Source: an uncultured Ruminococcus sp.
GTDB lineage: Bacteria; Bacillota; Clostridia; Oscillospirales; CAG-382
Direction: 5' to 3'
DNA: 64,000 bases
Assembly: GCA_964549435.1 (NCBI GenBank)
Contig: CAZJVB010000007.1
Location: 571 to 64,570, forward strand
The position numbers were made by a program, and so were the translations under genes. Positions 18,020 through 30,656 of this stretch are shown here, piece by piece. Under the pieces are notes generated by a model. The model worked only from the letters and a program-made list of their open reading frames with translations, did no database searches and was not told the DNA's origin. Positions within the stretch are counted from its first letter, which is position 1; every line of letters begins with the position of its first letter.

Positions 18020-18139
18020 GTCTGTTCACCTCATCCGTTTATTATCCCATAATAACATATTTTTAGTAGGTTTTCAAGGGTGCAAATTAAAAAAAGCCGT
18101 TTGCTTTTCGCAGGAACCTACAAAACACGGAGGTCATTG

Positions 18140-19099
18140 ATGACATTACAGCAACTACATTATGCGATCACCATTTCCGAAGCGGGCTCACTCAACAAGG
18201 CAGCGGAAATCCTATACGTTGCGCAACCCTCCTTAAGCGAGTCCCTGCATGATTTGGAGGATGAACTCGGCATTACGATCTTTCACCGCAGTGGCAGAGG
18301 TGTTACTCTCACAAACGACGGTATGGAATTCATTACCTATGCAAGACAGGTTTATCATCAATATGAAACGCTCATGGATAAATACGGAAAATCCGGGACG
18401 TTGAAAAAGAAATTCGGAATATCTACGCAACATTACTCTTTTGCGGTGAAATCCTTTGTGGAGATGGTCAAAAATTTTAATACGACTGAATATGAATTTG
18501 CGATCCGCGAAACAAAGACCCGCGAGGTGATTGAAGATGTCAGCAGCATGAGAAGTGAAATCGGCATCTTATATCTTAGCGATTTCAACCGGACCATAAT
18601 GACGAAGCTCATCAAATCCAATGATCTCGAATTTCATAAGCTGATCGACTGCAAGGCATACGTATATCTCTGGAGAGGGCATCCCTTGGCAAAGGAACCG
18701 TCAATCCGGCTGGAGCAGCTAAGCGAATACCCCTGCTTATCGTTTGAACAGGGCGGCAACAGTTCTTTCTATTTTTCCGAAGAAATTCTCAGTACCAAGG
18801 AATATCCGCGAACCATCAAAGCAAACGATAGAGCCACAATGCTGAATCTGATGGTCGGATTAAACGGCTATACCCTTTGTTCAGGCATCATCTGCGAAGA
18901 ATTAAACGGAACGGATTACGTAGCGGTGCCGCTTGAGGATGACGGGCAAGAAATAGACAGCCAAATGGAAATCGGATACATCATGAAACGAAATCAGATT
19001 CCAAGCCAAATGGGCAGATTATACATTCAGGAATTGGAGCAATATTTACGCACACATTTAAAAGATCAACTCCTCACGTCCGATGCCGAACAAAACTAA
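18140..19099 (+). CDS. LysR-family transcriptional regulator
   Basis: MTLQQLHYAITISEAGSLNKAAEILYVAQPSLSESLHDLEDELGITIFHRSGRGVTLT is the LysR HTH. The ATG at 18140 has a GGAGG RBS. Confidence 0.8.
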   Translation: MTLQQLHYAITISEAGSLNKAAEILYVAQPSLSESLHDLEDELGITIFHRSGRGVTLTNDGMEFITYARQVYHQYETLMDKYGKSGTLKKKFGISTQHYSFAVKSFVEMVKNFNTTEYEFAIRETKTREVIEDVSSMRSEIGILYLSDFNRTIMTKLIKSNDLEFHKLIDCKAYVYLWRGHPLAKEPSIRLEQLSEYPCLSFEQGGNSSFYFSEEILSTKEYPRTIKANDRATMLNLMVGLNGYTLCSGIICEELNGTDYVAVPLEDDGQEIDSQMEIGYIMKRNQIPSQMGRLYIQELEQYLRTHLKDQLLTSDAEQN

Positions 19100-19132
19100 A
19101 AAGCGGAACTGCCCTTTAGCAGTTCCGCTTTT
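19098..19132. terminator. bidirectional rho-independent terminator between lysR-type gene and leuB
   Basis: AAAAA-GCGGAACTGC-CCTTTA-GCAGTTCCGC-TTTT. A perfect 10-bp stem with A- and T-tracts on either side. Confidence 0.8.
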
Positions 19133-19139
19133 CCGTCGC

Positions 19140-20210
19140 TCAAAGATTCCTTGCAACCAGATCACCGATTTCACTGCAGGACGCTTTCTTACAACCATCC
19201 TGCATAATATCGGCGGTACGATACCCGTCATCCAGGACCTGATTGACCGCCTTCTCTATGGCATCCGCTTCCTCTACCATGGAGAAAGAATAGCGAAGCA
19301 TCATTGCCGCAGAAAGAATTGTCCCCAAAGGATTAGCGATATTTTTCCCGGCAATATCCGGCGCAGAACCATGAATCGGCTCATACATACCTAATGTTCC
19401 AGAGGAAAGAGAGGCGGACGGCATCATTCCAATCGACCCAGTCAGCATTGACGCCTCATCAGAAAGGATATCTCCGAACATATTTTCGGTTACCAGCACA
19501 TCAAATTGAGTAGGATTCTTAATCAATTGCATGGCGGTATTATCCACCAAAATATCGCTGTATATAATCTCAGGATACTCTTCCGCCAGCCGGTGCATGG
19601 TCTTTCTCCAAAGGCGGGAGGTATCCAGCACATTGGCCTTATCCACAGAAGCCAATTTCTTATTACGCTTCATAGCTGTCTCAAATGCCACTCTGCCGAT
19701 TCGCTCAATCTCGCTTTCCGAATACGGCATCAAATCGGTGGCAACCAGTTCACCGTTAATCTCCTCCGTTTTTTTCTGCCCGAAGTAGACACCACCGGTC
19801 AACTCCCTGACAATCAGCAAATCAATCCCGTTTCCGACAATCTCCTGCTTTAACGGGGAAGCGGCTGCCAACTGCGGGAACAGCTTTGTGGGGCGCAAAT
19901 TCGCAAATAGCCCCAGTTCCTTCCTGACAGCAAGCAGCGCCTTTTCAGGACGAATCGCCGGCGGACAAGAATCCCATTTCGGTCCGCCGACGGCACCCAG
20001 CAAAACACTGTCGGAGCTTTTACAAAGCTCCATCCCTTCCTCCGTAATCGGTACGCCGTACTGATCAATGGAGCAGCCTCCGATCGCGACATAAGTATAT
20101 GCAAAGGAGTGCCCATACTTGACAGCGACGCGATCCAGTACCTTGACGGCTTCGGCAACGATTTCGGGACCGATACCATCCCCCGCCAAAACGGTAATTT
20201 TTTTCTCCAT
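19140..20210 (-). CDS. leuB: 3-isopropylmalate dehydrogenase
   Basis: [14 protein letters not shown]...[20 protein letters not shown]...[14 protein letters not shown]. Confidence 0.9.
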   Translation of the reverse strand: MEKKITVLAGDGIGPEIVAEAVKVLDRVAVKYGHSFAYTYVAIGGCSIDQYGVPITEEGMELCKSSDSVLLGAVGGPKWDSCPPAIRPEKALLAVRKELGLFANLRPTKLFPQLAAASPLKQEIVGNGIDLLIVRELTGGVYFGQKKTEEINGELVATDLMPYSESEIERIGRVAFETAMKRNKKLASVDKANVLDTSRLWRKTMHRLAEEYPEIIYSDILVDNTAMQLIKNPTQFDVLVTENMFGDILSDEASMLTGSIGMMPSASLSSGTLGMYEPIHGSAPDIAGKNIANPLGTILSAAMMLRYSFSMVEEADAIEKAVNQVLDDGYRTADIMQDGCKKASCSEIGDLVARNL

Positions 20211-20214
20211 GCGT

Positions 20215-20700
20215 TTAGTCCTCCCTCAGCGAGGCAAGCAGCCCGCCCTTTGCGATGATATTCTGAATGAACGGAGGAAACGGCTGCGCCTGATAGGTTT
20301 TTCCGGTCGTGATATTCGTGATAACACCTGTGTCAAAATCCACATGCACCTCATTCCCTGCAGAAATTTCCTCCGCTGCCTCCGGGCATTCCAAAATCGG
20401 AAGTCCGATGTTGATGGCATTGCGATAAAAAATACGGGCAAAGCTTTTGGCAATTACACAGCCGGTCTTGCAAGTTTTAATAACCAGCGGCGCATGCTCA
20501 CGGGAAGAGCCGCAGCCGAAATTCCAGCCTGCAACCATAACATCCCCCGGCCGCACCTTTTTCACAAAGTCGGTATCGATATCCTCCATGCAATGCAGAG
20601 CCAATTCTGCAGCATTGGACGTATTCAGATAACGTGCCGGAATGATAACATCGGTATCCACATTATCCGGATACTTAAAGACAGTTCCCTGCGTATTCAT
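20215..20700 (-). CDS. leuD: 3-isopropylmalate dehydratase small subunit
   Basis: 161 aa with [14 protein letters not shown]...[10 protein letters not shown]. Overlaps the leuC stop. Confidence 0.85.
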   Translation of the reverse strand: MNTQGTVFKYPDNVDTDVIIPARYLNTSNAAELALHCMEDIDTDFVKKVRPGDVMVAGWNFGCGSSREHAPLVIKTCKTGCVIAKSFARIFYRNAINIGLPILECPEAAEEISAGNEVHVDFDTGVITNITTGKTYQAQPFPPFIQNIIAKGGLLASLRED

Positions 20701-21962
20701 AGACGTACCTCCTTCGGATCAGTGATATAGCCGGTCAAAGCACTCGCGGCAGCAGTTGCAGGACTCGCCAAATAAACCTCGCTTTTTACATGCCCCATGC
20801 GTCCCACAAAGTTCCGGTTGGTTGTAGCAATACAGCGTTCACCTTCCGCTAAAATGCCCATATAGCCACCGAGGCAGGGACCGCAGGTAGGCGTCGAAAC
20901 AACAGCTCCGGCATCAATGAAAGCAGTCACATATCCGCGCTCAACGCATTCCCGCATGATCTGCATGGTCGCCGGAATAATGATGCAACGAACGCCGTCG
21001 GCAATCTTTTGACCATTCAGAATGCGGTAGGCAGTTTCCATATCCTCCATCCTTCCGTTGGTACAACTTCCGATCACGACCTGATCTACCTTGATGTCGC
21101 CAAGCTCGCTTGCCGGACGTGTATTTTCTGGCAAATGCGGACAACTGACCGTCGGAACCATAGCAGAAAGATTGATTTCCATAACCTTTTCATACACGGC
21201 ATCCGGATCTGCCTCATAAATAACCGGCTGCCGCTCGCTGCGACCATTCAAATAAGCGCGTGTCACTTCGTCCACCGGGAAAATGCCATTCTTCGCACCG
21301 GCCTCGATCGCCATATTGCATATACAGAGACGGTCATCCATAGATAAGGAGGAAACCCCGTCGCCGGTAAACTCCATGCTTTGATATAGAGCGCCGTCCA
21401 CTCCGATCATCCCTATGATGGTCAGAATGACGTCCTTACCGCTGCAATGGGCAGGCAATTGTCCGGTCAAATGGAAACGGATTGCAGACGGTACCTTGAA
21501 CCATGCAGTTCCGGTTGCCATACCTGCCGCCATATCTGTACTGCCGACGCCTGTGGAAAACGCGCCGAGCGCACCATATGTACAGGTATGACTGTCTGCA
21601 CCGATGATGCAGTCTCCCGCAGTCACGACACCCTGTTCCGGCAAAAGGGCATGTTCAATTCCCATTTTACCAACATCGTAGAAATGACTGACGTGATGCG
21701 CGCACGCAAACTCACGGCATTGCTTGGATTGCTCTGCTGCCTTAATATCCTTATTCGGTACAAAATGATCCAGAACAATCGCAATTCGATCCCGATCAAA
21801 AACCTTGTCAAACCCCGCCTTCCGAAACTCATTCACGGCAACCGGTGTTGTAATATCGTTCCCCAGTACCAAGTCCAGCTTTGCCCGGATAAGCTGCCCT
21901 GCCTCGACCGACGGCAGTCCCGCGTGTGCCGCCAGAATTTTTTGCGTCATGGTCATGCCCAT
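20697..21962 (-). CDS. leuC: 3-isopropylmalate dehydratase large subunit
   Basis: [11 protein letters not shown]..., [18 protein letters not shown] and TCGPCLG aconitase-family Cys ligands. The internal ATG at 21962 follows a GGAGG RBS. The track start at 21977 is also possible. Confidence 0.88.
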   Translation of the reverse strand: MGMTMTQKILAAHAGLPSVEAGQLIRAKLDLVLGNDITTPVAVNEFRKAGFDKVFDRDRIAIVLDHFVPNKDIKAAEQSKQCREFACAHHVSHFYDVGKMGIEHALLPEQGVVTAGDCIIGADSHTCTYGALGAFSTGVGSTDMAAGMATGTAWFKVPSAIRFHLTGQLPAHCSGKDVILTIIGMIGVDGALYQSMEFTGDGVSSLSMDDRLCICNMAIEAGAKNGIFPVDEVTRAYLNGRSERQPVIYEADPDAVYEKVMEINLSAMVPTVSCPHLPENTRPASELGDIKVDQVVIGSCTNGRMEDMETAYRILNGQKIADGVRCIIIPATMQIMRECVERGYVTAFIDAGAVVSTPTCGPCLGGYMGILAEGERCIATTNRNFVGRMGHVKSEVYLASPATAAASALTGYITDPKEVRL

Positions 21963-21978
21963 GATACGAACCTCCATT

Positions 21979-23655
21979 TCATCCTTGCTGCTTTTCTCTT
22001 TCTATCCCGCGATTGATCGCGGAAAACAAAGCGTTGACAGACGACGCAATGATATCGTCGTGTATGCCGGCGCCCCAAACCTTTTTCCCATTCTCCAAAG
22101 TGATACTGACATACGTGATTGCCTGAGAGGAAGAGCCTTTTGTGAGGGCATGCTCCTCATAGGTGAGTTCAGAGAACACAAGATGCAATTGCTGTTTTAC
22201 AGCGTTGCTGACTGCATCCAATCTGCCGTTTCCGGTTGCAGTCAGCTCCTTGGTCTGTCCATCGATCTCGACAACCAAGGTCACATGAATCTCCGGCGTG
22301 CGCACAAAATGATAATCTACCAGCTTGATATACCGATTGATATTTACATAAGTACTTGTAAAAACATCAAGCACTTCCTGAGGAGATAGCTCCGCATGCG
22401 CATGATCGGAAACGCTCTTGATGGTGTATCCAACCTCCTCACGCATCTTGGCAGGCAGGATATATCCGAAATTACGTTCCAGTAAATAACCGATGCCGCC
22501 TTTCCCGGATTGCGAATTGATCCGAATGACATCTGTCTCATATTCTCTGCCCACATCGTTTGGATCGATCGGCAAATACGGCACTGTCCATGTATCGCAC
22601 TGCTTCTCTTCCCGCCATTTCATCCCCTTGGCAATCGCATCCTGATGCGAACCGGAAAAAGCAGCAAAGACCAGTTTCCCGGCATAAGGCTGACGGTCGC
22701 TGACCTGCATTCTGGTCACCCGTTCATAAAGTTCGGCAACTTCAGGCATGTTAGTAAAATCCAGCTCCGGCTCGACACCTTGCGCATACATATTCAACGC
22801 CAGCGTCACAATATCTACATTTCCGGTACGCTCACCGTTACCAAACAGTGTCCCCTCGATTCTGTCCGCACCCGCGAGGATTCCCAATTCTGAATCGGCA
22901 ACCGCACAGCCTCGGTCATTATGAGGATGCAGTGAAACGACAACGGCATCCCTGTATTTCAGATGATCGCACATATACTCCACCTGATCGGCGTAAACAT
23001 GCGGAGAGGACAGTTCGACCGTAACAGGAAGGTTGATGATTGCTTTGCGGTCGGGGGTGGGCTTCCATACATCCAACACGGCATTGCAGATTTCCAACGC
23101 AAATTCCGGTTCCGTCCCGGTAAAGGATTCAGGAGAATATTCATAGCGGTAACAAGTGCCGCTTTCCGCTGCAATCCTTTCAAAAAGCTCTGCACCATCC
23201 GTGGCAATTTTGATAATTTCTTCCTTAGATTTACGAAACACCTGCTCGCGTTGAGCAAGGGAGGTAGAATTATACAGGTGAACAATGGCGTTCCGGCAGC
23301 CCTTCAATGCCTCAAATGTTTTCCGAATAATATGCTCGCGGCTCTGCGTCAGCACCTGAACAGTAACGTCATCAGGAATCATATTGCGATCGATCAGCGT
23401 TCTGAGAAACGTATATTCCGTCTCGGAAGCTGCCGGAAAACCGACCTCGATCTCCTTAAAACCAATTTTGACAAGCAACCGGAAAAAATCCAGCTTTTCT
23501 TCCAAACTCATTGGAACAATCAAGGACTGGTTCCCGTCGCGCAGATCTACAGAGCACCAAGTCGGCGCTTTCTCAATATAGGTCTTGTTCACCCATTTCC
23601 TCGTGGGGTTCTTGACAGGAAAAAACTGTCTCGTATATTTTGATGTATTGACCAT
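21979..23655 (-). CDS. leuA: 2-isopropylmalate synthase (long, ~560-aa form)
   Basis: [22 protein letters not shown] and a C-terminal LeuA dimerisation/regulatory region. AAAGGAGG RBS. Confidence 0.88.
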   Translation of the reverse strand: MVNTSKYTRQFFPVKNPTRKWVNKTYIEKAPTWCSVDLRDGNQSLIVPMSLEEKLDFFRLLVKIGFKEIEVGFPAASETEYTFLRTLIDRNMIPDDVTVQVLTQSREHIIRKTFEALKGCRNAIVHLYNSTSLAQREQVFRKSKEEIIKIATDGAELFERIAAESGTCYRYEYSPESFTGTEPEFALEICNAVLDVWKPTPDRKAIINLPVTVELSSPHVYADQVEYMCDHLKYRDAVVVSLHPHNDRGCAVADSELGILAGADRIEGTLFGNGERTGNVDIVTLALNMYAQGVEPELDFTNMPEVAELYERVTRMQVSDRQPYAGKLVFAAFSGSHQDAIAKGMKWREEKQCDTWTVPYLPIDPNDVGREYETDVIRINSQSGKGGIGYLLERNFGYILPAKMREEVGYTIKSVSDHAHAELSPQEVLDVFTSTYVNINRYIKLVDYHFVRTPEIHVTLVVEIDGQTKELTATGNGRLDAVSNAVKQQLHLVFSELTYEEHALTKGSSSQAITYVSITLENGKKVWGAGIHDDIIASSVNALFSAINRGIEREKQQG

Positions 23656-23877
23656 GCGGTTGCCTCCTTTTATGATTCGCTTGCGTTCCGTCCCAATGGA
23701 CGCAAAAGTGTTTCTCCACGGGGGCGCCTTATATAAATGGCTTCCTTTAGAAACGAATCTATGACATTGATCGAATCCAATGCTTCCATTGAATAACTAA
23801 TATAAAAATACTGCAAGTGAGCTAATCCTAATGTATGAATCTCAAACACCATTAACTAAGTTGTTTTCGAAACGTTT

Positions 23878-25092
23878 TTATATCAGGCTATTGATAAACT
23901 GTTCGGCGGCACGAGGAGATCGGTTCCCTTTGGCAAGAGCAAACGCCTCCGCCTTGAGCCCCAACTCCTCCTGCCCCATGGAAATTCCGTTTTTCTCAGC
24001 CAGTCTATGAACAATCGAAAGATACAACCTTTTATCCGGCTTTGAAAAATACACTGTCAAACCAAATCGGTCAGACAAAGACATCAACTCCTGAACGGTA
24101 TCATTATGATGCACATCATCCGAAGTATCGCGATCAGAAAAATGCTCCTTCACAATATGCATCCGGTTACTTGTAGCATAGATCACTGCATTTTTAGCTT
24201 TTGCCGATGCAGAACCTTCCAAAGCGGCCTTCAGCATGCTGAAGCAATCATCATTCTTATTAAAGGATAAATCATCGATGAAAAGGATGAATTTCAGCGG
24301 GTTTCCGGCGATCCAGCCCATAATATAGGAAAGGCTGAACAGTTGATCCTTCCGAAGCTCGATCAGACGGACACCCTGATCGTAGAATGCATTGGCACAT
24401 GCTTTCACAGTTGAGGATTTACCGGTACCGGCATCCCCAAAGAGAAGGACATTAGCAGCAGGTTTGCCCTCCACCAATGCTTTGGTGTTATCCAATACTT
24501 TTTTTCGTTCTTCTTCATAGCCGACAAATTTATCCAATGTAATATCGTCCGCAGCACTGACCGGAATCAGTTCCTTCCCTTCCATGCGAAACATCCCAGC
24601 AGATGCAAACACACCGTAGCCGTAACGTTCGATATGTGCCAGCCGCTCTGCATACTTCTGTTCAAAATCCGTCGCTCGGTTTTCAAACCGAGGAATATAC
24701 CCGTGATAGCCCAAAGCGCCACAAAGCGATTCCGCGTCTAGGTAAGACAGACCAGAAAGCAGAATTAATTCCGCTTTGGCATTGTCTTTCAGAACCGCAG
24801 GCAGCTCCGCTTTCTGCGCCGCAGCAATTATATATGGATTTTCGTCCTCGTACAAGCAGCGGCATAAAAAATCGGAAAAAGAGTAGTGATCATCTGCAAG
24901 GGAACAGACAAACTCACCGAACAGTTCCATCCTTTTCTGCACACTTCCCTCGCTGCATAAAAAGGAAAGAAAGGACGCCATGGCTTTCTTTTTCAGAAGC
25001 CCCCGGAATACGCAAAGCGACGAAAGCTCACACCCCAATGCTTTCAAATCCTGTTCTGTCATCGAAACTACCGTGCCCTCCTGAAAAATCAA
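23878..25092 (-). CDS. AAA-type ATP-binding protein, DUF815 family
   Basis: Walker A LLFGDAGTGKSSTVKA and Walker B FILFIDDLSF. The overall length and layout match what I recall for DUF815 (PF05673). The start is ambiguous (TTG 25092 or ATG 25062). Confidence 0.6.
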   Translation of the reverse strand: MIFQEGTVVSMTEQDLKALGCELSSLCVFRGLLKKKAMASFLSFLCSEGSVQKRMELFGEFVCSLADDHYSFSDFLCRCLYEDENPYIIAAAQKAELPAVLKDNAKAELILLSGLSYLDAESLCGALGYHGYIPRFENRATDFEQKYAERLAHIERYGYGVFASAGMFRMEGKELIPVSAADDITLDKFVGYEEERKKVLDNTKALVEGKPAANVLLFGDAGTGKSSTVKACANAFYDQGVRLIELRKDQLFSLSYIMGWIAGNPLKFILFIDDLSFNKNDDCFSMLKAALEGSASAKAKNAVIYATSNRMHIVKEHFSDRDTSDDVHHNDTVQELMSLSDRFGLTVYFSKPDKRLYLSIVHRLAEKNGISMGQEELGLKAEAFALAKGNRSPRAAEQFINSLI

Positions 25093-25122
25093 ACTTAGAA
25101 GTCTATCTCCCTGTTAACTCCC

Positions 25123-26796
25123 CTATTCTGCAAACCGGTTGATAATAGCGCCTTTATCTGCAGAGCTCACCTGCGCGGCATATCTGGCAAGGCTCCCCTT
25201 GATCCCATCCTTTTTTTTGATTTGCATGGAAGCCCTGCGAGCCTGCAATTCCTCTTCGCTCACCTTAAGTTCAATGGAATAGGCGGGAATGTTGATGGAA
25301 ATTAAATCGCCGTCCTTTACATACGCAATCAGACCGCCACGAACAGCTTCCGGAGAGATATGGCCGATCGATGCTCCTCTGGTAGCGCCGGAAAATCTTC
25401 CGTCCGTAATCAAAGCGACCTCCTTATCAAGTCCCATTCCCGCAATTGCAGAGGTAGGTGAAAGCATTTCACGCATCCCCGGTCCGCCGGCAGGACCCTC
25501 ATAGCGAATAACAACGACGTCACCCTTGACAATTTTCCCGGCATAGATGGCCGCGATCGCTTCTTCCTCACTGTCAAATACCTTCGCGGGACCTTCATGT
25601 ACCAGCATTTCGGGAGCGACTGCACTGCGCTTCACCACACAACCGTCCGGTGCGAGATTCCCTCTCAGCACTGCAATTCCGCCGGTTTTGCTGTACGCAT
25701 TGTCTGCTGTACGGATGACCTCGGGATCCCGATTGACGGCATCCTGAATGTTTTCTCCCAATGTTTTACCGGTACAAGTCATCACAGAGGTATCCAACAA
25801 TCCCAGCTTCGACAACTCCCGCAATACCGCATATACACCGCCGGCCTCGTTCAGATCCTCCATATAGGTATGTCCTGCAGGTGCAAGATGACAGAGATTC
25901 GGCGTCTTTTCACTGACCTCATTTGCCATATTTAGGTTGAACGCAACACCGCATTCGTTGGCGATCGCCGGAAGATGCAGCATACTGTTGGTAGAGCATC
26001 CGAGCGCCATATCCGCAGTCAGCGCATTCCGGATTGCCGCTGCAGTCATGATATCACGCGGACAGATATTTTTTTGCACCAGCTCCATGACCTGCATACC
26101 GGCGTGCTTAGCAAGCTCAATCCGCGCGGAATACACCGCAGGAATAGTACCGTTACCACGAAGCCCCATGCCCAAAACCTCAGTCAAGCAGTTCATGGAG
26201 TTTGCCGTATACATGCCCGAGCAGGAGCCGCAGGTAGGACAGGTATGCTCCTCACACGTACGGAGCTGTTTCTCATCAATTTTTCCGGCAGTGTAGGCGC
26301 CTACAGCTTCAAACATGCTGGAAAGGCTGGTTTTCTTTCCATTCACTCTGCCCGCAAGCATCGGCCCTCCACTTACAAAAACCGTAGGAATATTTACCCT
26401 CGCAGCTGCCATCAACAAGCCCGGCACATTCTTATCACAGTTCGGCACCATAACCAACCCGTCAAAGCCATGAGCAAGTACCATCGCCTCAGTGGAATCA
26501 GCAATCAAATCTCTGGTAATCAGGGAATATTTCATGCCGGTATGCCCCATGGCAATGCCATCGCAGACCGCAATGGCGGGGAACACGATCGGTGTCCCGC
26601 CTGCCATTGCAACGCCGAGCTTAACAGCCTCGACAATTTTGTCCAGATTCATATGTCCCGGCACAATTTCGTTATACGAACTGACGATTCCAATCAACGG
26701 ACGCGCCTGCTCCTCCTTGGTCATTCCAAGCGCATGGTACAGACTGCGATGCGGCGCATTCTGAAAGCCGTCAACAATCGTATCCTTAATCATCAT
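25123..26796 (-). CDS. ilvD: dihydroxy-acid dehydratase
   Basis: [10 protein letters not shown]..., [17 protein letters not shown] and [10 protein letters not shown]. Confidence 0.92.
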   Translation of the reverse strand: MMIKDTIVDGFQNAPHRSLYHALGMTKEEQARPLIGIVSSYNEIVPGHMNLDKIVEAVKLGVAMAGGTPIVFPAIAVCDGIAMGHTGMKYSLITRDLIADSTEAMVLAHGFDGLVMVPNCDKNVPGLLMAAARVNIPTVFVSGGPMLAGRVNGKKTSLSSMFEAVGAYTAGKIDEKQLRTCEEHTCPTCGSCSGMYTANSMNCLTEVLGMGLRGNGTIPAVYSARIELAKHAGMQVMELVQKNICPRDIMTAAAIRNALTADMALGCSTNSMLHLPAIANECGVAFNLNMANEVSEKTPNLCHLAPAGHTYMEDLNEAGGVYAVLRELSKLGLLDTSVMTCTGKTLGENIQDAVNRDPEVIRTADNAYSKTGGIAVLRGNLAPDGCVVKRSAVAPEMLVHEGPAKVFDSEEEAIAAIYAGKIVKGDVVVIRYEGPAGGPGMREMLSPTSAIAGMGLDKEVALITDGRFSGATRGASIGHISPEAVRGGLIAYVKDGDLISINIPAYSIELKVSEEELQARRASMQIKKKDGIKGSLARYAAQVSSADKGAIINRFAE

Positions 26797-26853
26797 TCAT
26801 GATCCTTTCTCACGGAATCGTGGCTGATTTTGCGAAGCAAAACCGCCGCTTTT

Positions 26854-28420
<1,567 letters not shown>

Positions 28421-28427
28421 GCACCTC

Positions 28428-30125
28428 CTATTTCACTGATGTAATGATATCGTCTATGGAACCGCCCGGCGGAAGCATCGGAAGAACGAATTCATCCATA
28501 TCGATGAGTGTATCAATCAGATAGGGCCCGTCGTGTGTCATCGCTTCCCTGAAAAGGTTCCTAAACTCCTGAATGGTTGCCGCACGCCCCGCCTTGGCAC
28601 CAAATGCCTCGGCAAGCTTGACAAAGTCAGTCTGACGATCCAGCACCGTGTTAGAATAGCGCTTACCGTAAAAAAGTGTCTGCCATTGCCGGACCATTCC
28701 TAAAACACCGTTATTCATCAGCACAATCACAATTGGTGTCCGGTAGGTGACCGCCGTGGCAAGCTCATTCAGATTCATGCCAAAGCTACCGTCACCGGTG
28801 ATCAGAACGGTTTTGTCCCCACTGGCAATCTGTGCGCCGATCGCTGCCCCGAGACCGTATCCCATCGTTCCAAGTCCGCCACTGGAAGCAAAGCGTCTTG
28901 TCCGTTCAAAATCCACATATTGTGCCGCCCACATCTGATGCTGTCCGACGTCTGTGGCGATCACCGTATCTTTATCTTTCAGCTCGTTGATCACATCAAA
29001 GATCTTTTTCGGCGTCATTTCCGTCAAGGCATTTTTTTCTGCCTCCTCGCGGATGCGCTTACCCTCTGCTTTGAATCCTTCTACCAAAGCGCGCCACTCC
29101 GGATGCGTCTGCTCCCGGCACCGCTCCAAAATTCGGGTAAAGGAGGAAACAAGGTTCCCCACCAATCCGACGTCTACTCTGATATTTTTATTGATTTCCG
29201 AAAGGTCGGTATCCAATTGAATAATCTTTGCTTTCTTAGCATACTTTGCCACATTGCCGGTTGCCCGGTCACTGAAGCGGATGCCAACCCCGATAATCAG
29301 ATCAGCGTCCTTATTTGCCATGGAAGAGGCATACTGCCCATGCATACCCTGCATGCCAAGAAAACGATCATAAGAATTCGGCAGCGCGGAAAGCCCCATA
29401 AACGTACAGCCAATATATCCGTCTATTTTCTCCGCAAACGCCATGATATCCTTCGTCATGCCGGCACCTGCTGCACCGCCGCCGATGTAGATATACGGTC
29501 TTTGGGCAGCATTGATCAGCTCTACCGCTCTATCGATATCACAGTCATCTGCCACATCCTGCGGAAACGGCTCGACGATTGCTTTCTTAATAAAATCGCA
29601 CTCCGCGATCTGTACATCCTTAGGAATATCCACCAATACAGGCCCCGGTCTTCCGGATTTGGCAATCCGAAATGCCTCCCGGATCGTATCTGCTAATTCA
29701 CTTACATGGCTGACAAAATAATTGTGCTTTGTAATTGGCAAAGTCAGACCGGTGATATTGATCTCCTGAAAAGCATCCTTGCCGATCAGGGTAGTCGGAA
29801 CATTGCCCGTGATAGCGACCATCGGAATGGAATCCAGCATCGCCGTAGCAATCCCCGTCACCAAATTGGTAGCGCCGGGACCGGAAGTGGCAATCACGAC
29901 GCCAACCTTACCGGTTACTCTGGAATAGCCATCCGCCGCATGGGACGCACCCTGTTCATGCGCAGTCAGGATATGGCGAATACGGTCGCTTGCCTTATAC
30001 AGCTCGTCATAAATATGCAATACCTGACCGCCGGGATATCCGAATACGTCCGTGACACCCTGCTCAATCAGCGTTTCGATGACAATTTGTGCACCTGTCA
30101 TTTTTTCTCCGTTTGTTTGTTGCAT
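28428..30125 (-). CDS. ilvB: acetolactate synthase large subunit
   Basis: GAQIVIETLIEQGVTDVFGYPGG..., GLGTMGYGLGAAIGAQ and TGDGSFGMN (ThDP motif). GGGAGG RBS. Confidence 0.92.
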   Translation of the reverse strand: MQQTNGEKMTGAQIVIETLIEQGVTDVFGYPGGQVLHIYDELYKASDRIRHILTAHEQGASHAADGYSRVTGKVGVVIATSGPGATNLVTGIATAMLDSIPMVAITGNVPTTLIGKDAFQEINITGLTLPITKHNYFVSHVSELADTIREAFRIAKSGRPGPVLVDIPKDVQIAECDFIKKAIVEPFPQDVADDCDIDRAVELINAAQRPYIYIGGGAAGAGMTKDIMAFAEKIDGYIGCTFMGLSALPNSYDRFLGMQGMHGQYASSMANKDADLIIGVGIRFSDRATGNVAKYAKKAKIIQLDTDLSEINKNIRVDVGLVGNLVSSFTRILERCREQTHPEWRALVEGFKAEGKRIREEAEKNALTEMTPKKIFDVINELKDKDTVIATDVGQHQMWAAQYVDFERTRRFASSGGLGTMGYGLGAAIGAQIASGDKTVLITGDGSFGMNLNELATAVTYRTPIVIVLMNNGVLGMVRQWQTLFYGKRYSNTVLDRQTDFVKLAEAFGAKAGRAATIQEFRNLFREAMTHDGPYLIDTLIDMDEFVLPMLPPGGSIDDIITSVK

Positions 30126-30171
30126 AACGATACCTCCCGGTTTAAGGATATATAATAGATAACAAATAAAA

Positions 30172-30495
30172 TAACAAAAAACACTTCCATCTCTCTGTTA
30201 TCCAATAACGAAAGAGACGAAAGAGTAAAGCAAGATCAGTCTGTATTCTTCCGCGGTACCACTCTTCTTCATTCCCGGCTGACGGGAATGCACCTTCAGT
30301 GCCAACACACCTTTGCTCTGTTACGGGAGCCACCCGTCTGCATTTACTTTCATAAGATTTCATTGCAGCCGCTCCATGGTGAGTTCGGCAAGTTTCTCCC
30401 GATGCCTCGCACCGCCCGGCACCTCTCTGAAGAAGAAAAACCCAACGACAAATTGCCTACTATTCCACTTCATCGCGTTGTTTTCTAATTGATTT
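30172..30495 (-). promoter_or_regulatory. T-box riboswitch leader of the ilv-leu operon (probable Leu specifier)
   Basis: The minus strand carries an AGAGAG box followed by GGTGCC-loop(GGGCGGTGCGA)-GGCATC. A candidate specifier GAA-CUC-A lies at codon 30383-30381, and CUU (also Leu) is 10 nt upstream. The canonical T-box core AGAGTGGTACCGCGG is at 30265-30251. A terminator follows: CUCUUUCGUCUCUU...GAGAGAUGGAAGUG + UUUUUU (30226-30175). Confidence 0.8.
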
Positions 30496-30502
30496 TATTG
30501 GT

Positions 30503-30531
30503 ATTATAGCACGGCAGAATGTTTTTGTCAA
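30503..30531 (-). promoter_or_regulatory. sigma-A consensus promoter of the ilv-leu operon (TTGACA-17-TATAAT)
   Basis: The minus strand reads TTGACA (30531-30526), 17 nt, TATAAT (30508-30503). Confidence 0.65.
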
Positions 30532-30586
30532 TCATTTGATGCATGAAAATAATGAGAATTTTATAAATCTTTTGTTCTGTCTGCCG

Positions 30587-30634
30587 AAAAAAGACTCTTT
30601 TTTAGATCCCGAAGAATCGAAAAAGAGTCTTTTC
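30587..30634 (-). terminator. rho-independent terminator after the solute-binding protein gene
   Basis: The minus strand reads AAGACTCTTTTT...(17-nt loop)...AAAAAGAGTCTT followed by TTTTCGG. Confidence 0.6.
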
Positions 30635-30656
30635 ACATTACAGAGTCATGAAAGCT

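Noticed and set aside
23656-23877. A possible second T-box, attenuator or leader peptide upstream of leuA.
   Set aside because: Reading the minus strand, I found no GGUGGUACCGCG-like core. There is no hairpin followed by a U-tract and no Leu-rich short ORF. Only weak alternative 5-6-bp stems are present. It is left as an unexplained spacer in the DUF815 finding.
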